This document shows positions 1-12,669 of a stretch of DNA of 64,000 bases, one piece after another. The translations under genes and the position numbers were made by a program. Source of the stretch: Eledone cirrhosa (Eukaryota); the NCBI GenBank assembly GCA_964016885.1, contig OZ024744.1, positions 87,296,001 through 87,360,000 on the forward strand. The letters run 5' to 3'. The notes beneath the pieces are model-generated. The model saw only the letters and a list, made by a program, of their open reading frames with translations. It searched no databases and was not told where the DNA came from. How positions within the stretch are numbered: position 1 is the first letter of the stretch; each line of letters opens with the position of its first letter.

Positions 1-168
1 CACTTTCATCAGATAAAATACAAAGTTTGTTTTATAAATTTTGACATAACCAAGAAAAAATACCTTAATGGTTCAAGTTATACAAGAAAAACTTGAACCG
101 TTAAGGTATTTTTTCTTGGTTATGTCAAAATATATATAACAAACTTTGTATTTTATCTGATGAAAGTG
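1..168. repeat. Fold-back inverted repeat overlapping hammerhead A1
   Basis: 1-79 is the near-perfect reverse complement of 90-168. Confidence 0.9.
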
Positions 169-209
169 TACCAAAGTGTTGGTACCCTTGAAATATATAT
201 AATAGAATA
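149..209 (+). ncRNA. Minimal type I hammerhead ribozyme motif, family A copy 1
   Basis: TATTTTAT-CTGATGA-AAGtGTACCAA(AGTG)TTGGTACcCTT-GAA-ATATATAT-A-ATAGAATA: stem I, intact core, stem II, palindromic stem III, cleavage after A201. Confidence 0.75.
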
Positions 210-251
210 AATATGGTTTTATAAATATAGTTTCCATTTATTTAATATCAT

Positions 252-282
<31 letters not shown>

Positions 283-373
283 TACCGTATATATCTCTCT
301 ATATATATATGTATGTATATCTATATATACATATGTATGTGTATATATATATGTGTATATATATATATATGTA

Positions 374-515
<142 letters not shown>

Positions 516-745
516 TATACATTTATATGAATATTAAGAGATAGAATGTATGGGGGTTTAATTCAGGTAGATAAATAGTAGATGAATAAAAATGGTGGAG
601 AAAAACTCCTCAAAACAGAGAACAGAGTAAATAGAAATCTATCGTCAGTGAAGACAAGAAAACATTATAATTTATATCTTGTATGATTGCAGCTGCTTTA
701 TAACCTGCTTCATATAAGATTACACGATGTTTATTTAATCCACAT

Positions 746-1828
746 AATGATGGTGATAGTATTGATAGTGTTGTTGGTGGTGGTGGTGGTGGTGGTGATA
801 GTGTTGATGGTGGTGGTGATAGTGTTGATGGTGGTGGTGATAGTGTTGATGGCGGTGGTGGTGGTGGAGGTGATGATGGTTGAGGTGATGATAGTGTTGA
901 TGATGATGGTGGTGGTGGTGGTGGTGGGCTGGGAGGGTGATAGTGTTGATTGTGGTGTGGTGGTGGTGGTGGTGATGGTGGTGGTGATAGTGTTGATGGC
1001 GGTGGTGGTGGTGGAGGTGATGATAGTGTTGATGGTGGTGGGCTGGGGTGGTGGTGGTGGTGGTGGTGACGAAAGTGATGATGATGGTGGTGGAACTGAT
1101 GATAGTGTTGATGGTGGTGGTGGTGGTGGAGGTGATGGTGGTGGTGGTCGTGGTGATGATAGTGTTGATGATGGTGGGGTTGGGGTTGACGACAGTGTTG
1201 ATGATGGTGGTGGGGGTGTGGAGGTGGTGACGATAGTGTTGATGTTGGTGGTGGTGGTGGTGGTGGAGGTGGTGATAGTGTTGAAGGTGGTGGGGTGTGG
1301 ATGGAGGTGACGATAGTGTTGATGATGGTGGTGGTGGTGGAGGTGATGATAGTGCTGATGGTGGTGGTGGTGGTGGCGGCGGCGGCAGAATTAATGTGAA
1401 TGGCTGTAGTAGTAGTTCTGGCGAGGTGTTAGGCGGGGGAGCAGTAGTGATGATCTTTAAGTGTCCGAGTATGTTGTGGCGCTGATCGTAATTATGGTGA
1501 TGATGGTGATAGTGGTGGTCGTGGTGGTGATAGTGGTGGTGGTGGTGGTGATAGTGGTGGTGGTGATGGTGGTGGTGGTGATGATGGTGATGGTGGTGGT
1601 GGTGATGTTGGTGGTGATGTTGGTGGTGATGTTGGTGGTGATGTTGGTGGTGATGATGATGTTGATGATGTTGGTGGTGATGATGTTGATGATGGTGATG
1701 ATGTTGATGATGGGGGTGCTGGTGGTAATTATAGTGGTGCAGATGATGTTAATAATGATGATGATGATGATGATGGTGATGATAGTGATGGTGATGTTGA
1801 TTATCATCATCATCATCATCATCATCAT
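746..1828. repeat. Compound (GGT)n/(GAT)n low-complexity minisatellite
   Basis: Recurrent unit ggtgatagtgttgatggtggtggt, ending in (ATC)n. Confidence 0.9.
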
Positions 1829-2250
1829 CGTCGTTCGTACGTATTTTTTCTATTAACGATTTAACCGTAACATGTTTTCTTTTGGCTTTTCTTTTTTTTT
1901 TTGTTATTTCCCTTCAAAATAAGATATTCCAGTTTTTCTTTCCTTCATTCTTTCATTCTTCCGTTCCTTTTTAATTACATCGCAATTTTAGAATGCATCT
2001 GCCTCACATTTGTGTGTGTGTGTGTGCGCGTGTGTTTGTGTGTGTATATGTGTGTGCGTGTGTGTCTCGCTCTCTGTGTGTATTGGTTACTCTAACATAG
2101 TATATAAATAGGTAGACATGCTACCGCAATCGGTTGTTATATTCAACGGTTAAGTTCGGAGGACGTAGAGAACTATATGTACACACGAACTATATGTACA
2201 CACGCACACACACATACACACACATGCGCGAGCGCGCACACACACATATA

Positions 2251-2313
<63 letters not shown>

Positions 2314-2501
2314 ATGAGAAGAAAGAAGAATACTGCGTGGTTGCACATGAGTTACATTTGATAAAATAGTCCTTCGTCAGTGATTTTCCAATGCGTGTGT
2401 ATGTCTGTATGGGTGTATGCGTGAATCCCGGGTTCAATCTGGGGTAACCACAGTAAGTAAGGTACCACTCAATACATTAGTAGAGTGTATACAACAAAAT
2501 G

Positions 2502-2614
2502 TAATATAGAAATGGCTTCTACAGGACTAGAACTGTTTCATTCAAAGGAAATTACCAGGAAAGCTCTCCTTTGAATAAAACAGTTCTAGTCCTGTAGAAG
2601 CCATTTCTGTATTA
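2502..2614. repeat. Fold-back inverted repeat with degenerate family C hammerhead
   Basis: Arms taatatagaaatggcttctacaggactagaactgttt.attcaaagga and its reverse complement; abuts (TA)n. Confidence 0.88.
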
Positions 2615-2619
2615 AGTTT

Positions 2620-2725
<106 letters not shown>

Positions 2726-2922
2726 TCTTTTACTTGCCAGTGGTCACAATGAGGCACCACTAGGAACAGATTTAGTCATTAATATCCACGCTAGTATATA
2801 TTTTTTCGAGTCTGGTATTTTTCATTTTATTGATACTTTTTCGATGAACGTTAGAATAGTTGATATAAACAAATTGAAAACGGAAACAGACCTATGGACG
2901 CGCATGCGTACACGTACACACA

Positions 2923-2973
<51 letters not shown>

Positions 2974-3551
2974 AAATACATACATATATAAATTCATACA
3001 TACATGAGGATTGCAGCGTTTTCACAAATGTTTGCCGTTTCGTATTGTCATCCCATCTTCGTCCACGACTTCGTAGATGACTTATGTAGGCCAGCTGTAG
3101 ATCTGCATGGGGACAAAGGAGAGTTGTGCTTTCCACAGGACCGGTGGTCTCACCCTGTGGGACACAATCTTTATGTGCACCATGTGTTTTTTTTTTTCCC
3201 GAACTCGTTCTACATACAGATACACAAATACATACAAGCATAGATACATACATATGCCGATCCGCTTGGACCAAAGTACAACTGAACTTAGATATGTAGA
3301 AAAAAAAACGCAGCTCCCTAATTCATAGACTACAAATTGTTGCGATAGCTGGCACCTTCAAAATTTGCAAAACATTCTTGCGATTGAAGGGATGACAATT
3401 TCCTTTCTTTACAACCTTGCCGCCAGGAAGGTGGCCGGTCAAAATGTACTCGAAATTAAGAGAAAGAGAAACATACATACATATATACATATATATAATA
3501 CAGAGTACTCACAACCTCTAACTGGATTACCTATAACGATAACTTGTTATC

Positions 3552-3640
<89 letters not shown>

Positions 3641-3763
3641 GTACTCTGTGTTGTGGATAGTTTTATAACGTACGGCTTTGTTTGACTCAACAAGATGTTT
3701 CCATTGTTAAGTAGCGAGTTCGCGAGAATTCCTATGCAGGTTATACTTGGAGTAATAATAGTT

Positions 3764-4024
3764 AAAGAATGAAGAATAACATGGTCGGCTGTACAACAAG
3801 GGGCTTTATTTCAAGTATTAACAGTTGTTTCATTGATCAGGTGAGTCTTAAGGCCGCTAATCACTCGAAGTTGCATCACTCGATCTTAAATACAGTATTT
3901 ACCTTTGATCAAATCCTCAGAGGATTTGATCAAAGGTAAAGACTCACCTGATCAATGAAACAATTGTTAATACTTGAAATAAAGCCCCTTGTTATACAGC
4001 CGATCATGTTATTCTTCATTCTTT
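3764..4024. repeat. Nested fold-back inverted repeat with broken hammerhead
   Basis: Outer arms 3764-3848 / 3940-4024; inner 20-bp-arm palindrome 3898-3940. Confidence 0.88.
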
Positions 4025-4026
4025 CG

Positions 4027-4075
<49 letters not shown>

Positions 4076-4193
4076 CACAGATGCACATACAATACAAGCA
4101 TACATTTGCATACAGATATAATCTTACATGCATACAGCCGGCATACGCTCACGATTACACACACCAGAAAAAATAATATTTGACAGAAAGTAA

Positions 4194-4272
<79 letters not shown>

Positions 4273-4587
4273 ATAGTGTAAAGCAGAGCGAGCGAGAGCA
4301 AGATTGTGAGATAAAGAGGGGAGAGACAGACAAGACATGTAGGCATAGACAGGATGGTGAGAATTGGTTGGGATAGTAAAAGGAAGGAAGAATCGTAGTA
4401 AATTGCTGGACTTAATTTCTCAATTACTCTTCAGACAGTATTTGTGAAAGTTATCTGTTGATCTATAACGGACAAACAGACAAGCTGTCTTCAGATCAGA
4501 TTGAATTACCATTTATTGCGACTCGACAAACGTCGCTTAGAAGGTCAATCCTCCACCTGGTAATGCTTCTGCCTAGCTCTCTCATTT

Positions 4588-4692
<105 letters not shown>

Positions 4693-4756
4693 CACTCTCT
4701 CTATCTCACACACTCTCTCTTTATCTCTCTGCTCTCTGTATTTTTATATATATATA

Positions 4757-5012
4757 TAATATCAATTCAAAATATTAACAAAATAGATATTCTCGTGATC
4801 AATTATATATTTTATTATACATATTTCAGAGGTACTGAGGTATTCAGTCATGGTAGTTGACTGAATCTTAACCATCTACTATGTCATGTATCATTTTATT
4901 TTATCTGATGAGGACGTACTGTTGAACTTAACTCAGTACCTCTGAAATATGTATAATAAAATATTATTGATCACAAGAATATCTATTTTGTTAATATTTT
5001 GAATTAATATTA
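4757..5012. repeat. Inverted repeat around hammerhead A2
   Basis: 4757-4839 is the reverse complement of 4932-5012, with a small indel. Confidence 0.88.
4897..4963 (+). ncRNA. Minimal type I hammerhead ribozyme motif, family A copy 2
   Basis: TATTTTAT-CTGATGA-GGAcGTACTG...CAGTACcTCT-GAA-ATATGTAT-A-ATAAAATA; perfect 8-bp stem I and intact core. Confidence 0.75.
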
Positions 5013-5694
5013 ATAACTCTGGAAAACCCTTATTAACTGTTGAGTGCTTCCAAACTATTGTAAAACTCATTCTTTGATGTATTCATTTATATATACATAT
5101 ATATATATACATTTATATATATACACATATAGTTACCTATATACATTTTATTTCATATATAATATATGTGGGTGTGGGTGTGTCTCTTCATACATATAAA
5201 TACTATACATAAATTTAAAGATATATAGTCATTCATGTGTATGCATATAACATGTGTGCGTGTGTGTTGTGCTGAAAATATAATATAATTTCCAGTATGT
5301 CGAGAACTCGAACGCGTTTTAAATCATTTAAAATGAAGCTATGTCGATTCTGACCAGCTTCTACGAAAATAATCTCGATAATGTCTTGAATATCTCTTTA
5401 TATATATTCAACATTCCGTCTGACATCATACAAGAACATAAATTATTTTTCTCGTGACATCAAAATAATTTAAGAAATATGAAATCTACAAAAATATTTC
5501 TTCATTTTCTCTATGTCCTCCTTAAATTTCGTCCGGAAGTGCTTGTGTCTCTGGACGAAATGAGTGAAATTTAATGATGACAAGTAAAAAATATACGGGA
5601 ACAAGAGGTGTTCTAATGAATGAACGTTTGTTACGTGCAACTACAAAAATATTAGTACATGCAACATTCTTTATTGCAGTATTTTTGCTTCCAG

Positions 5695-5841
5695 ACAATC
5701 TTGAACTCGATGCATAAATACCAGCCGCGTTTCCATCTTGTTAGAGCCAACGATATTTTGAAGTTACCATACAGTGCATTCCGGACATATGTCTTTAAGG
5801 AGACTGAATTTATTGCTGTGACAGCCTATCAAAATGAAAAG
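5695..5841 (+). CDS. Tbx2/3: Tbx2/3 (omb-like) T-box transcription factor, internal coding exon (T-box domain)
   Basis: ttccag acceptor and AAG|gtaaga donor; 147 nt, phase 0/0; encodes [49 protein letters not shown], the [11 protein letters not shown] segment being typical of Tbx2/Tbx3/omb. Confidence 0.96.
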
Positions 5842-6344
5842 GTAAGATTTCATTTATTTGATTTGACGTATGTTCTTGTGTTTCTTAAGTATTGCGTTAG
5901 TATGTATAAAAGAATGTATGTATGTGTGTGTATGAGTGTGTGCCTATGTATATATGTATGTGTGTATATATATATGTATGTTTACATGTATGTATGCTAT
6001 GGTTGTTACGGAATTTGGCTGTTATTTTTAAAAGGTCGAATGGGAAGATAAGGCGATCTTTTAATAAGAAAGTGGATCTCACTAATTGTTTCAATTATTC
6101 ATGTTATTTTTTTCTGTGCTACTAGCTTACGAAATTAGTGTGTGAGTGGTTGAATACTCCACAGACATGTATGTTTTTAACTTAATACCCTAGCAGGGTT
6201 TCTATAATACAGTATGTGGCAAAGCTGGTTTTTTGAATTACAGGTAAAATCGATCCAATAGATTTCTGCTCAGATTCCCTGTAAACAATTATATTTACAA
6301 GGTTTGCTTAACTCTATTTTAATGGTAAAGTCTCTTGGTAATGG

Positions 6345-6600
6345 TAATCGGCTGCTCTCCGACGGGTTTGCAGTCAAGCCCCTAGCAGAGGAGAATTCTG
6401 GTGCCCTTGGCCCTAGGGCAACCTCCCTACTCACCACCATAGGCGCTAAGCTGGCAAGCCGTAGGTTTGAGCCTCGCATGATGGAATGGCTCTTCCAACG
6501 CATCTCCCTTAGCAACTTCTGGGGAAACGCCTTCTCCATTCTGTCCGCCGGGGCCGTGAAGCAGCCAGCATGTGGGACCCCAGTTGCTCATAAGAGTGAG
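6345..6600 (+). mobile_element. 3' fragment of a CRE-like (RLE) non-LTR retrotransposon
   Basis: Encodes FAVKPLAEENSGALGPRATSLL...WLFQRISLSNFWGNAFSIL, resembling the CRE-clade C-terminal ETxG...QRxSxAxxRGNA pattern; second copy at 36475-36740. Confidence 0.7.
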
Positions 6601-7592
6601 AGATGGGGAGGGCGAGAGAGACAGGGGAGATGACAGTGGGAGTTCGGCTCCTCTGTGTTCGGAGCTGGTTTGCTTGTATGTGCATGCTTACTGTCTTATC
6701 ATATAGACATATTTATGAATATATGTATTGTTTTTTTATTAGAATGTTTTTATACCATGAAATGTTATTCATAATTATGAAAAGAGCAAAATTGTGATAT
6801 ACGATGTAATGGGATTGTGAAGTGAACTTCTCAAGAATATTATGCATAAATGTTGACAAGGAAACAGTCACACCTGCAAATGCTTCATAAATAAATACCT
6901 ACCACAAAACTATACGTGCCACCTTTGGTCAGAGAAAAGACAAAGCCATTCTTGTTGACTTCCTTCGCTCTCAGTATTGTTTTCCAATTATCAGTATTAT
7001 GTATGTATATATTTATATAGGTAGGGGTGTCAAGTTTAGAAATTCTGATGGAGTGTTAGTATGCTTAACGCATTATGGAAAGTATAAAAAATACTGTATT
7101 CGTTTAGAGGGATTCAGCAATTCAGACAGCTTATTAGATTTTTAAAAGAACGATAATTAAATTGTTGGAATCTTAATATTTCGAGATGAATTGTTTTGTC
7201 AAAAGAAGAGTTGGAGAAAATAATTTGGAGCAGGTTAACTTGTGTTCTACTTAGACTGGCATTTTAAATCTGAAAGTTGTGTTGGCTTCAAAACTGGAAA
7301 TAACGAATGGATGACTATATTCTAAGCTGTTCTCATCTAAGCTATAGCTGTATTTATTGTTTATGTGGAAAGACCTGTGCCAGTACGTTTGTCTATGTTG
7401 GTCACTGGGTATTGAGTTCTCATCTGTTGTATATTTGTGGTATATATTTGGGTATTAGCATAGATTCCTTGATTCCGAGTTCGATTTGCAATCGCAGTGT
7501 TTTATCTTGTAGAATGTCTTCTACAATAGTCTCAGGTTGATTAGTGACTGGTCAGGGAAATTTGGCAAAGAAACCGTAGAAACCCATCGTTC

Positions 7593-7657
<65 letters not shown>

Positions 7658-7903
7658 CACACATAAATACATACATACATCATACATCATACATACATAC
7701 ATACATACGTACGTACATACATACATACATATATATATCGTTTCTGAATTTGTTTAGCAAGATTCTTTATCTGAAAACGTGTGTTGAAACCGATATTGTT
7801 ATATCTATATTTATATATATAAATCCATTTTATTAAGGCTAAATAGTGAGTCTTGTTACTCTGGAGCTTCGCCTGTTTATCACATGGTCATCAGACCAGA
7901 ATA

Positions 7904-7950
<47 letters not shown>

Positions 7951-8510
7951 TTGTGTGTTTGTGTGTTTGTGTGTTTTAGTTTGCCTCCTCTGCCTGTGTT
8001 TATGTCCCGTAACTTGCCAGTTGTACAAAGCAGGTATCGGCAAAATAAATATCCGGCTTGAAAAAGTAAGTACCAGAGTTGATGTAATCACTTAAATCAA
8101 GATGTTACCACTACATTGATACGTTCGCATACATGAAACCAGTAAACTAATTTATAAATAAAATAATAAAGTACATGAACATATCAACGAGAAATTCTCT
8201 CTTTGAAATGTAGATATATATGTAATGTTAATGCATGCAACATTGTTTTCTTACAGTATATTGTTTTGTTTCGAGTTGATTCTCAAGTGAATGTTCCATA
8301 GTTGTGAGTGAATGGGCTTGAGTGTGTATATATATTTGGTCATCAAGTATGTACTTTGTAGAAGATTTGATTTTTTTTCTACGAATTTCTATAAATTTCA
8401 TACTTGACGACCCAATAATTATACGTACAACAGTGTGTTAATGTTATATCGATAAGGGTTAGATGCATGTCATTAGTTCATTGATAATATGTGTTCTATT
8501 TGTTCATTAG

Positions 8511-8587
8511 ATAACCCAGCTGAAAATAGACAATAATCCTTTTGCTAAAGGATTCAGAGACAACGGGAGCGGCAAAAGAGAAAAGAA
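8511..8587 (+). CDS. Tbx2/3: Tbx2/3 coding exon, end of T-box domain
   Basis: ttcattag acceptor, AA|gtaaga donor; encodes ITQLKIDNNPFAKGFRDNGSGKREK plus 2 nt; too short for the ORF track. Confidence 0.95.
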
Positions 8588-8674
8588 GTAAGAATTCCGT
8601 TTAAGACATTTTTTTTAGTATGCTATGAAACACACATACACACACACATATATGTGTGTGTTTGTGCGTGTGTA

Positions 8675-8707
<33 letters not shown>

Positions 8708-8758
8708 GACAAGTAAGTATGTTTTGAAACAGTGAGCAGGTTTGATAATAAAAAATAG

Positions 8759-9010
8759 AATAGCTTTCGCCGTACTTTTGACTAAAGAAATTTTAGCCTG
8801 ATAATGGGGTTTAGAATCCTCAGATAAATGGAAAGATATGAGTATTGGGGTACATAGGAGTCGAACCCACATCTATGGTTATCCAGACCACTGTGCTACC
8901 ATTACACCAACACATCACCCATCTCCTTCCATTCAAATTTTTCCATTTATCTGAGGGTTTTAAACCCCATTATCAGGCTAAAAATTTTTTAGCCAAAAAT
9001 ACGTGAAAGC

Positions 9011-9014
<4 letters not shown>
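8759..9014. repeat. Diverged inverted repeat enclosing a tRNA-like sequence
   Basis: Arms ~8759-8834 / ~8939-9014 with several mismatches; CTGAGGA...GAAAGCTA on the minus strand of the left arm. Confidence 0.8.
8846..8916 (-). pseudogene. tRNA-like sequence (pseudo-tRNA or isolated SINE head)
   Basis: A box TGGTGTAATGG, anticodon arm GTGGT(CTGGATA)ACCAT, B box GGTTCGACTCC; acceptor stem pairs poorly. Confidence 0.6.
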
Positions 9015-9106
<92 letters not shown>

Positions 9107-9125
9107 TGTGATATATTTGTGTTAT

Positions 9126-9325
9126 ATTGGTGGATTTGCCATTTTGCAGCATAGAGTTACGGCCTTTTATGATCTGAGTTCGAATCCCGCCGAGGTTTAT
9201 TTTGCCTTTCAATCCTTACAGGGTCGATAAAATAAAGTACCAGTAATGCACTGGGATAATTGCTGGCCTTGTGCCAAAAGAAGAAACAATTATGTCTGGC
9301 CTTGTGCCAAAAGAAGAAACAATTA
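9126..9325 (+). mobile_element. SINE family 1 copy with duplicated 3' tail
   Basis: B box gagttcgaatccc, core ttgcctttca..ggggtcgataaaataaagtaccag; tail ggccttgtgccaaaagaagaaacaattatgt occurs twice. Partial copy at ~9578-9682. Confidence 0.85.
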
Positions 9326-9849
9326 TGTATTTGCATATTTATACATATATTTTCACATTTGATATATCAGCAACAATAACAACAATGACATAAAATAAAA
9401 ATTATTCCAAAAATACGTAACAAAAGACATAATACAAACATTAGTTTCCATTTTCAAGGAGACCTGTAAGTAGAACACAGAAGCTGAATTAGTGATTAAC
9501 TCTTTAGTATTTACATTACTCTATATTTAGTATTGTATTTTCGCCTTAATTATAATTATCTCCCATAATAATCTCACATCCGAGGTTGACTTTGCCTTTC
9601 ACCCTGACGGGGTCGATAAAATAAAGTACCAGTAATGCACTGGGTAATTGCTGGCCTTGTGCTTAAAAGTAGAAACAATTATATGAAATCTATGAGATTT
9701 TGTTATCATCTATTTTGGGAACAATACCTTAACACAAGATGAACAGAAAGAGGAGTGAGAATTCTGGCTAGTTTAAATGCTACAGGGTTAAAGAAAGAAG
9801 TCGCAACGATATTGTGAAAAAAATGCTTATCTGAATTGAAAACCGATCT

Positions 9850-10433
9850 CCACAATGCCATACTAAAAGGACTAAAAAAAAAGCTACTATACAGCCAATA
9901 CCAGAGAATGCTGAGTAAGGAGGAAATAGAGCATCATTCACAACATTGGCTACGAAGCTCTGGACACAAAGTCAAATCCGAAGATTCTTAATTGCAGCAA
10001 AATATGAAAGCTTCACAGTAGAAAGTAACTATAGATTACGTAGAGGTGGGGAAGATACATTTAACCTCATTGCTTCTCACTGTCTGGTCTTTGCCATAAA
10101 ATAGTATCGTATTCGCAAACACAATAGTGTCGGAATTTAAATACAGTACACAGGAATTGATGTCAGTATAAAGAGATAGCAACAGAAAATATTGGTACAG
10201 GCACATACAAGAAAACATTTCAGGGAAATCATATTTAAGTTATAGAAATACACAAAGACGGAGATAAAAAACTAATCGACCAGCTATTGTAATCAAAGAC
10301 CACAAAATGAACGACGATATGTGTATGAAAGCAATAGAAAAAATTATCCAAATATAAAGATTTGGAGTTAGAAATCACCTAAATATGGATGATGAAGACA
10401 GAAACGATCGCTATAATAATAAGTACTCTGGGG

Positions 10434-10473
<40 letters not shown>

Positions 10474-10650
10474 CCTAGGACATAAATATATCGACATACA
10501 GAAAATAGCAATACTAGTTATTGCACACTTATTACGAACAATACTCACGATACAATAAGAACAATAATGGTGAACTAACTGTTGTGGAACTATTTCTACC
10601 AAACCCGTCCCATAGACTGAGTGCTCTACTACTACGGATAAAACCCTCCA
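9850..10650 (+). mobile_element. Decayed 3' part of an R4/Dong-like RLE non-LTR retrotransposon
   Basis: Fragmentary translations SQHWLRSSGHKVKSEDSLIAA, TNRPAIVIKDHK, KLSKYKDLELEI, IQKIAILVIAHLLRTIL, with stops, frameshifts and an internal (CA)n. Confidence 0.7.
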
Positions 10651-10659
10651 GTGTTCTAC

Positions 10660-10708
<49 letters not shown>

Positions 10709-10973
10709 GTACAGTAGAATATATTTCAAGAATTTACATGTTTCATTGGAATGCTGGAAGCTGCTACTCCCAATAATCTATCGGGAAAAATCGAATTCAT
10801 ATCGAATTCATATACGGTGTACAATAAATTATCAAAAGAGTCTTCGATAAGAGTTACTCTAACGTTTAAACTAGAGTAACAGAAAACGATAACTCGTATA
10901 CCTAACTATGTTCACTTCCACCAAGCGTGCACCTAATATAACTGTGTACCTCTTGTGTTTTGTTCATTCATTT

Positions 10974-11182
<209 letters not shown>

Positions 11183-11339
11183 TAAATATACACGGGTGTG
11201 TATGATTGTGTATAGAAGATTATATTAATAAGAGGAATTCCAACTTTGTCTGATTTACTCGTTTTATTTACAATCCTTTAAAATTTATAATGGTATTATA
11301 ATGAAATAGTATGATAGAATATTAAATGTTAAGTGTTAA

Positions 11340-11380
11340 ATGAACAAGTACTTTCATGCTTTCGCAATCTTCAGGTTCAT
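11340..11380 (-). ncRNA. Mirror copy of the family B hammerhead motif
   Basis: Exact reverse complement of 11452-11492 in the left arm of the 11221-11611 palindrome. Confidence 0.7.
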
Positions 11381-11451
11381 AATATGTGGTGACAGTCAAG
11401 TTTGCAATTTTCAACTGTTGAAAATTGCAAACTTGACTGTCACCACACATT

Positions 11452-11492
11452 ATGAACCTGAAGATTGCGAAAGCATGAAAGTACTTGTTCAT
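11452..11492 (+). ncRNA. Minimal type I hammerhead motif, family B (41 nt)
   Basis: ATGAAC-CTGAAGA-tTGC(GAAA)GCAt-GAA-AGTACT-T-GTTCAT; GNRA-capped stem II, palindromic stem III AGTACT. Confidence 0.72.
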
Positions 11493-11619
11493 TTAACACT
11501 TAACATTTAATATTCTATCATACTATTTCATTATAATACCATTATAAATTTTAAAGGATTGTAAATAAAACGAGTAAATCAGACAAAGTTGGAATTCCTC
11601 TTATTAATATATATATATA

Positions 11620-11855
<236 letters not shown>

Positions 11856-12036
11856 TATGGATTGAGAGAGACCTGGCTGTGTGGTTTCTGATAGCCAGTG
11901 TTTGAAAGTAAAGGGGCACGGATGTTTCAGTGCATTATCTATAATATAAATACATACATACATACATACATACATACATACATACATACATACATACATG
12001 CATATGTATATGTGTGTATACAGTCATATAATCATT

Positions 12037-12228
12037 CGGTGTATTGGCAGTATCGGTAGAGGTTCGGAAGCTATGATTTGCAGCAAAAAAGAGTTACGCC
12101 TCTTTACGGTCTGAGTTCAAATCCCGCCGAGGTTAACTTTGCCTTTCATCCTTATGGGGTCGATAAAATAAAGTACCAGTAATTCACTGGGATAATTGCT
12201 GGCTTTGTGCCAAAGGTAGAAACGATTA
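12037..12228 (+). mobile_element. SINE family 1 (tRNA-derived head, Meta/MESC-like central core)
   Basis: A box tggcagtatcgg, B box gagttcaaatccc, core gcctttcatcctta.ggggtcgataaaataaagtaccag, tail gtagaaac.atta. Core naming is from memory. Variant or partial copies at ~13260-13410, ~23295-23495 and ~27485-27580. Confidence 0.88.
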
Positions 12229-12458
12229 TGCATTAAGTATCATAAGAAAATTCATTCTTATAATTTTTCGATTATATTTTGATTAACCAACCAAATCTAC
12301 TTGCTGGGATTTATTCAACTTTTCCTTTTACGCAAAACTGCTGACCTTGTGCTATTGTTATTGTTGTTGTTTTAGTTGCTGATGTTTTTGTTTTGGTATT
12401 TTTGTTATTGTTGTTGTTGATGTTATAGTTTTATAATTTATATATTTCTTACATTTAG

Positions 12459-12610
12459 ACGTATGATGATGCACTCTCAACAGAAGAGCGTTATACCACC
12501 GTCAGCGAATATAAGTGAAGAATTACAGAGCGATGAAGATGATTCTGAAAATATGGAGATTTGTGTCGATGACAGGCCACATAGAACTGATGATGTTCCC
12601 AATACTTCTG
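12459..12610 (+). CDS. Tbx2/3: Tbx2/3 coding exon, acidic region after the T-box
   Basis: catttag acceptor completes the phase-2 codon (AA+A = K), then RMMMHSQQKSVIPPSANISEELQSDEDDSENMEICVDDRPHRTDDVPNTS; donor G|gtcggt is phase 1, matching the next exon. Confidence 0.82.
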
Positions 12611-12669
12611 GTCGGTGTCCATTTAAAAAAAAATTCTTATTATTCCTTTTTTAAAAATTGTTATGCCCT

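Larger units (their letters stand above)
11221..11611. repeat. Near-perfect 391-bp palindrome carrying two hammerhead motifs
   Basis: ~195-bp arms centred on 11416; one mismatch seen. Confidence 0.93.

Noticed and set aside
630-660. CTGACGA on the minus strand as a hammerhead
   Set aside because: No correctly placed GAAA or stems I/III.
687-1856. Long Val/Met/Gly-rich ORFs
   Set aside because: Stop-free reading of a GGT/GAT minisatellite.
5659-6051. ORF 5659-6051 as a complete gene
   Set aside because: Only 5695-5841 is T-box; the rest is intron read-through.
7020-7540. Possible decayed retroelement ORF on the minus strand
   Set aside because: No convincing motif could be read by eye.
8846-8916. 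Functional tRNA-Ser(GGA)
   Set aside because: Acceptor stem mispaired, no long variable arm, T at position 37; kept only as tRNA-like.
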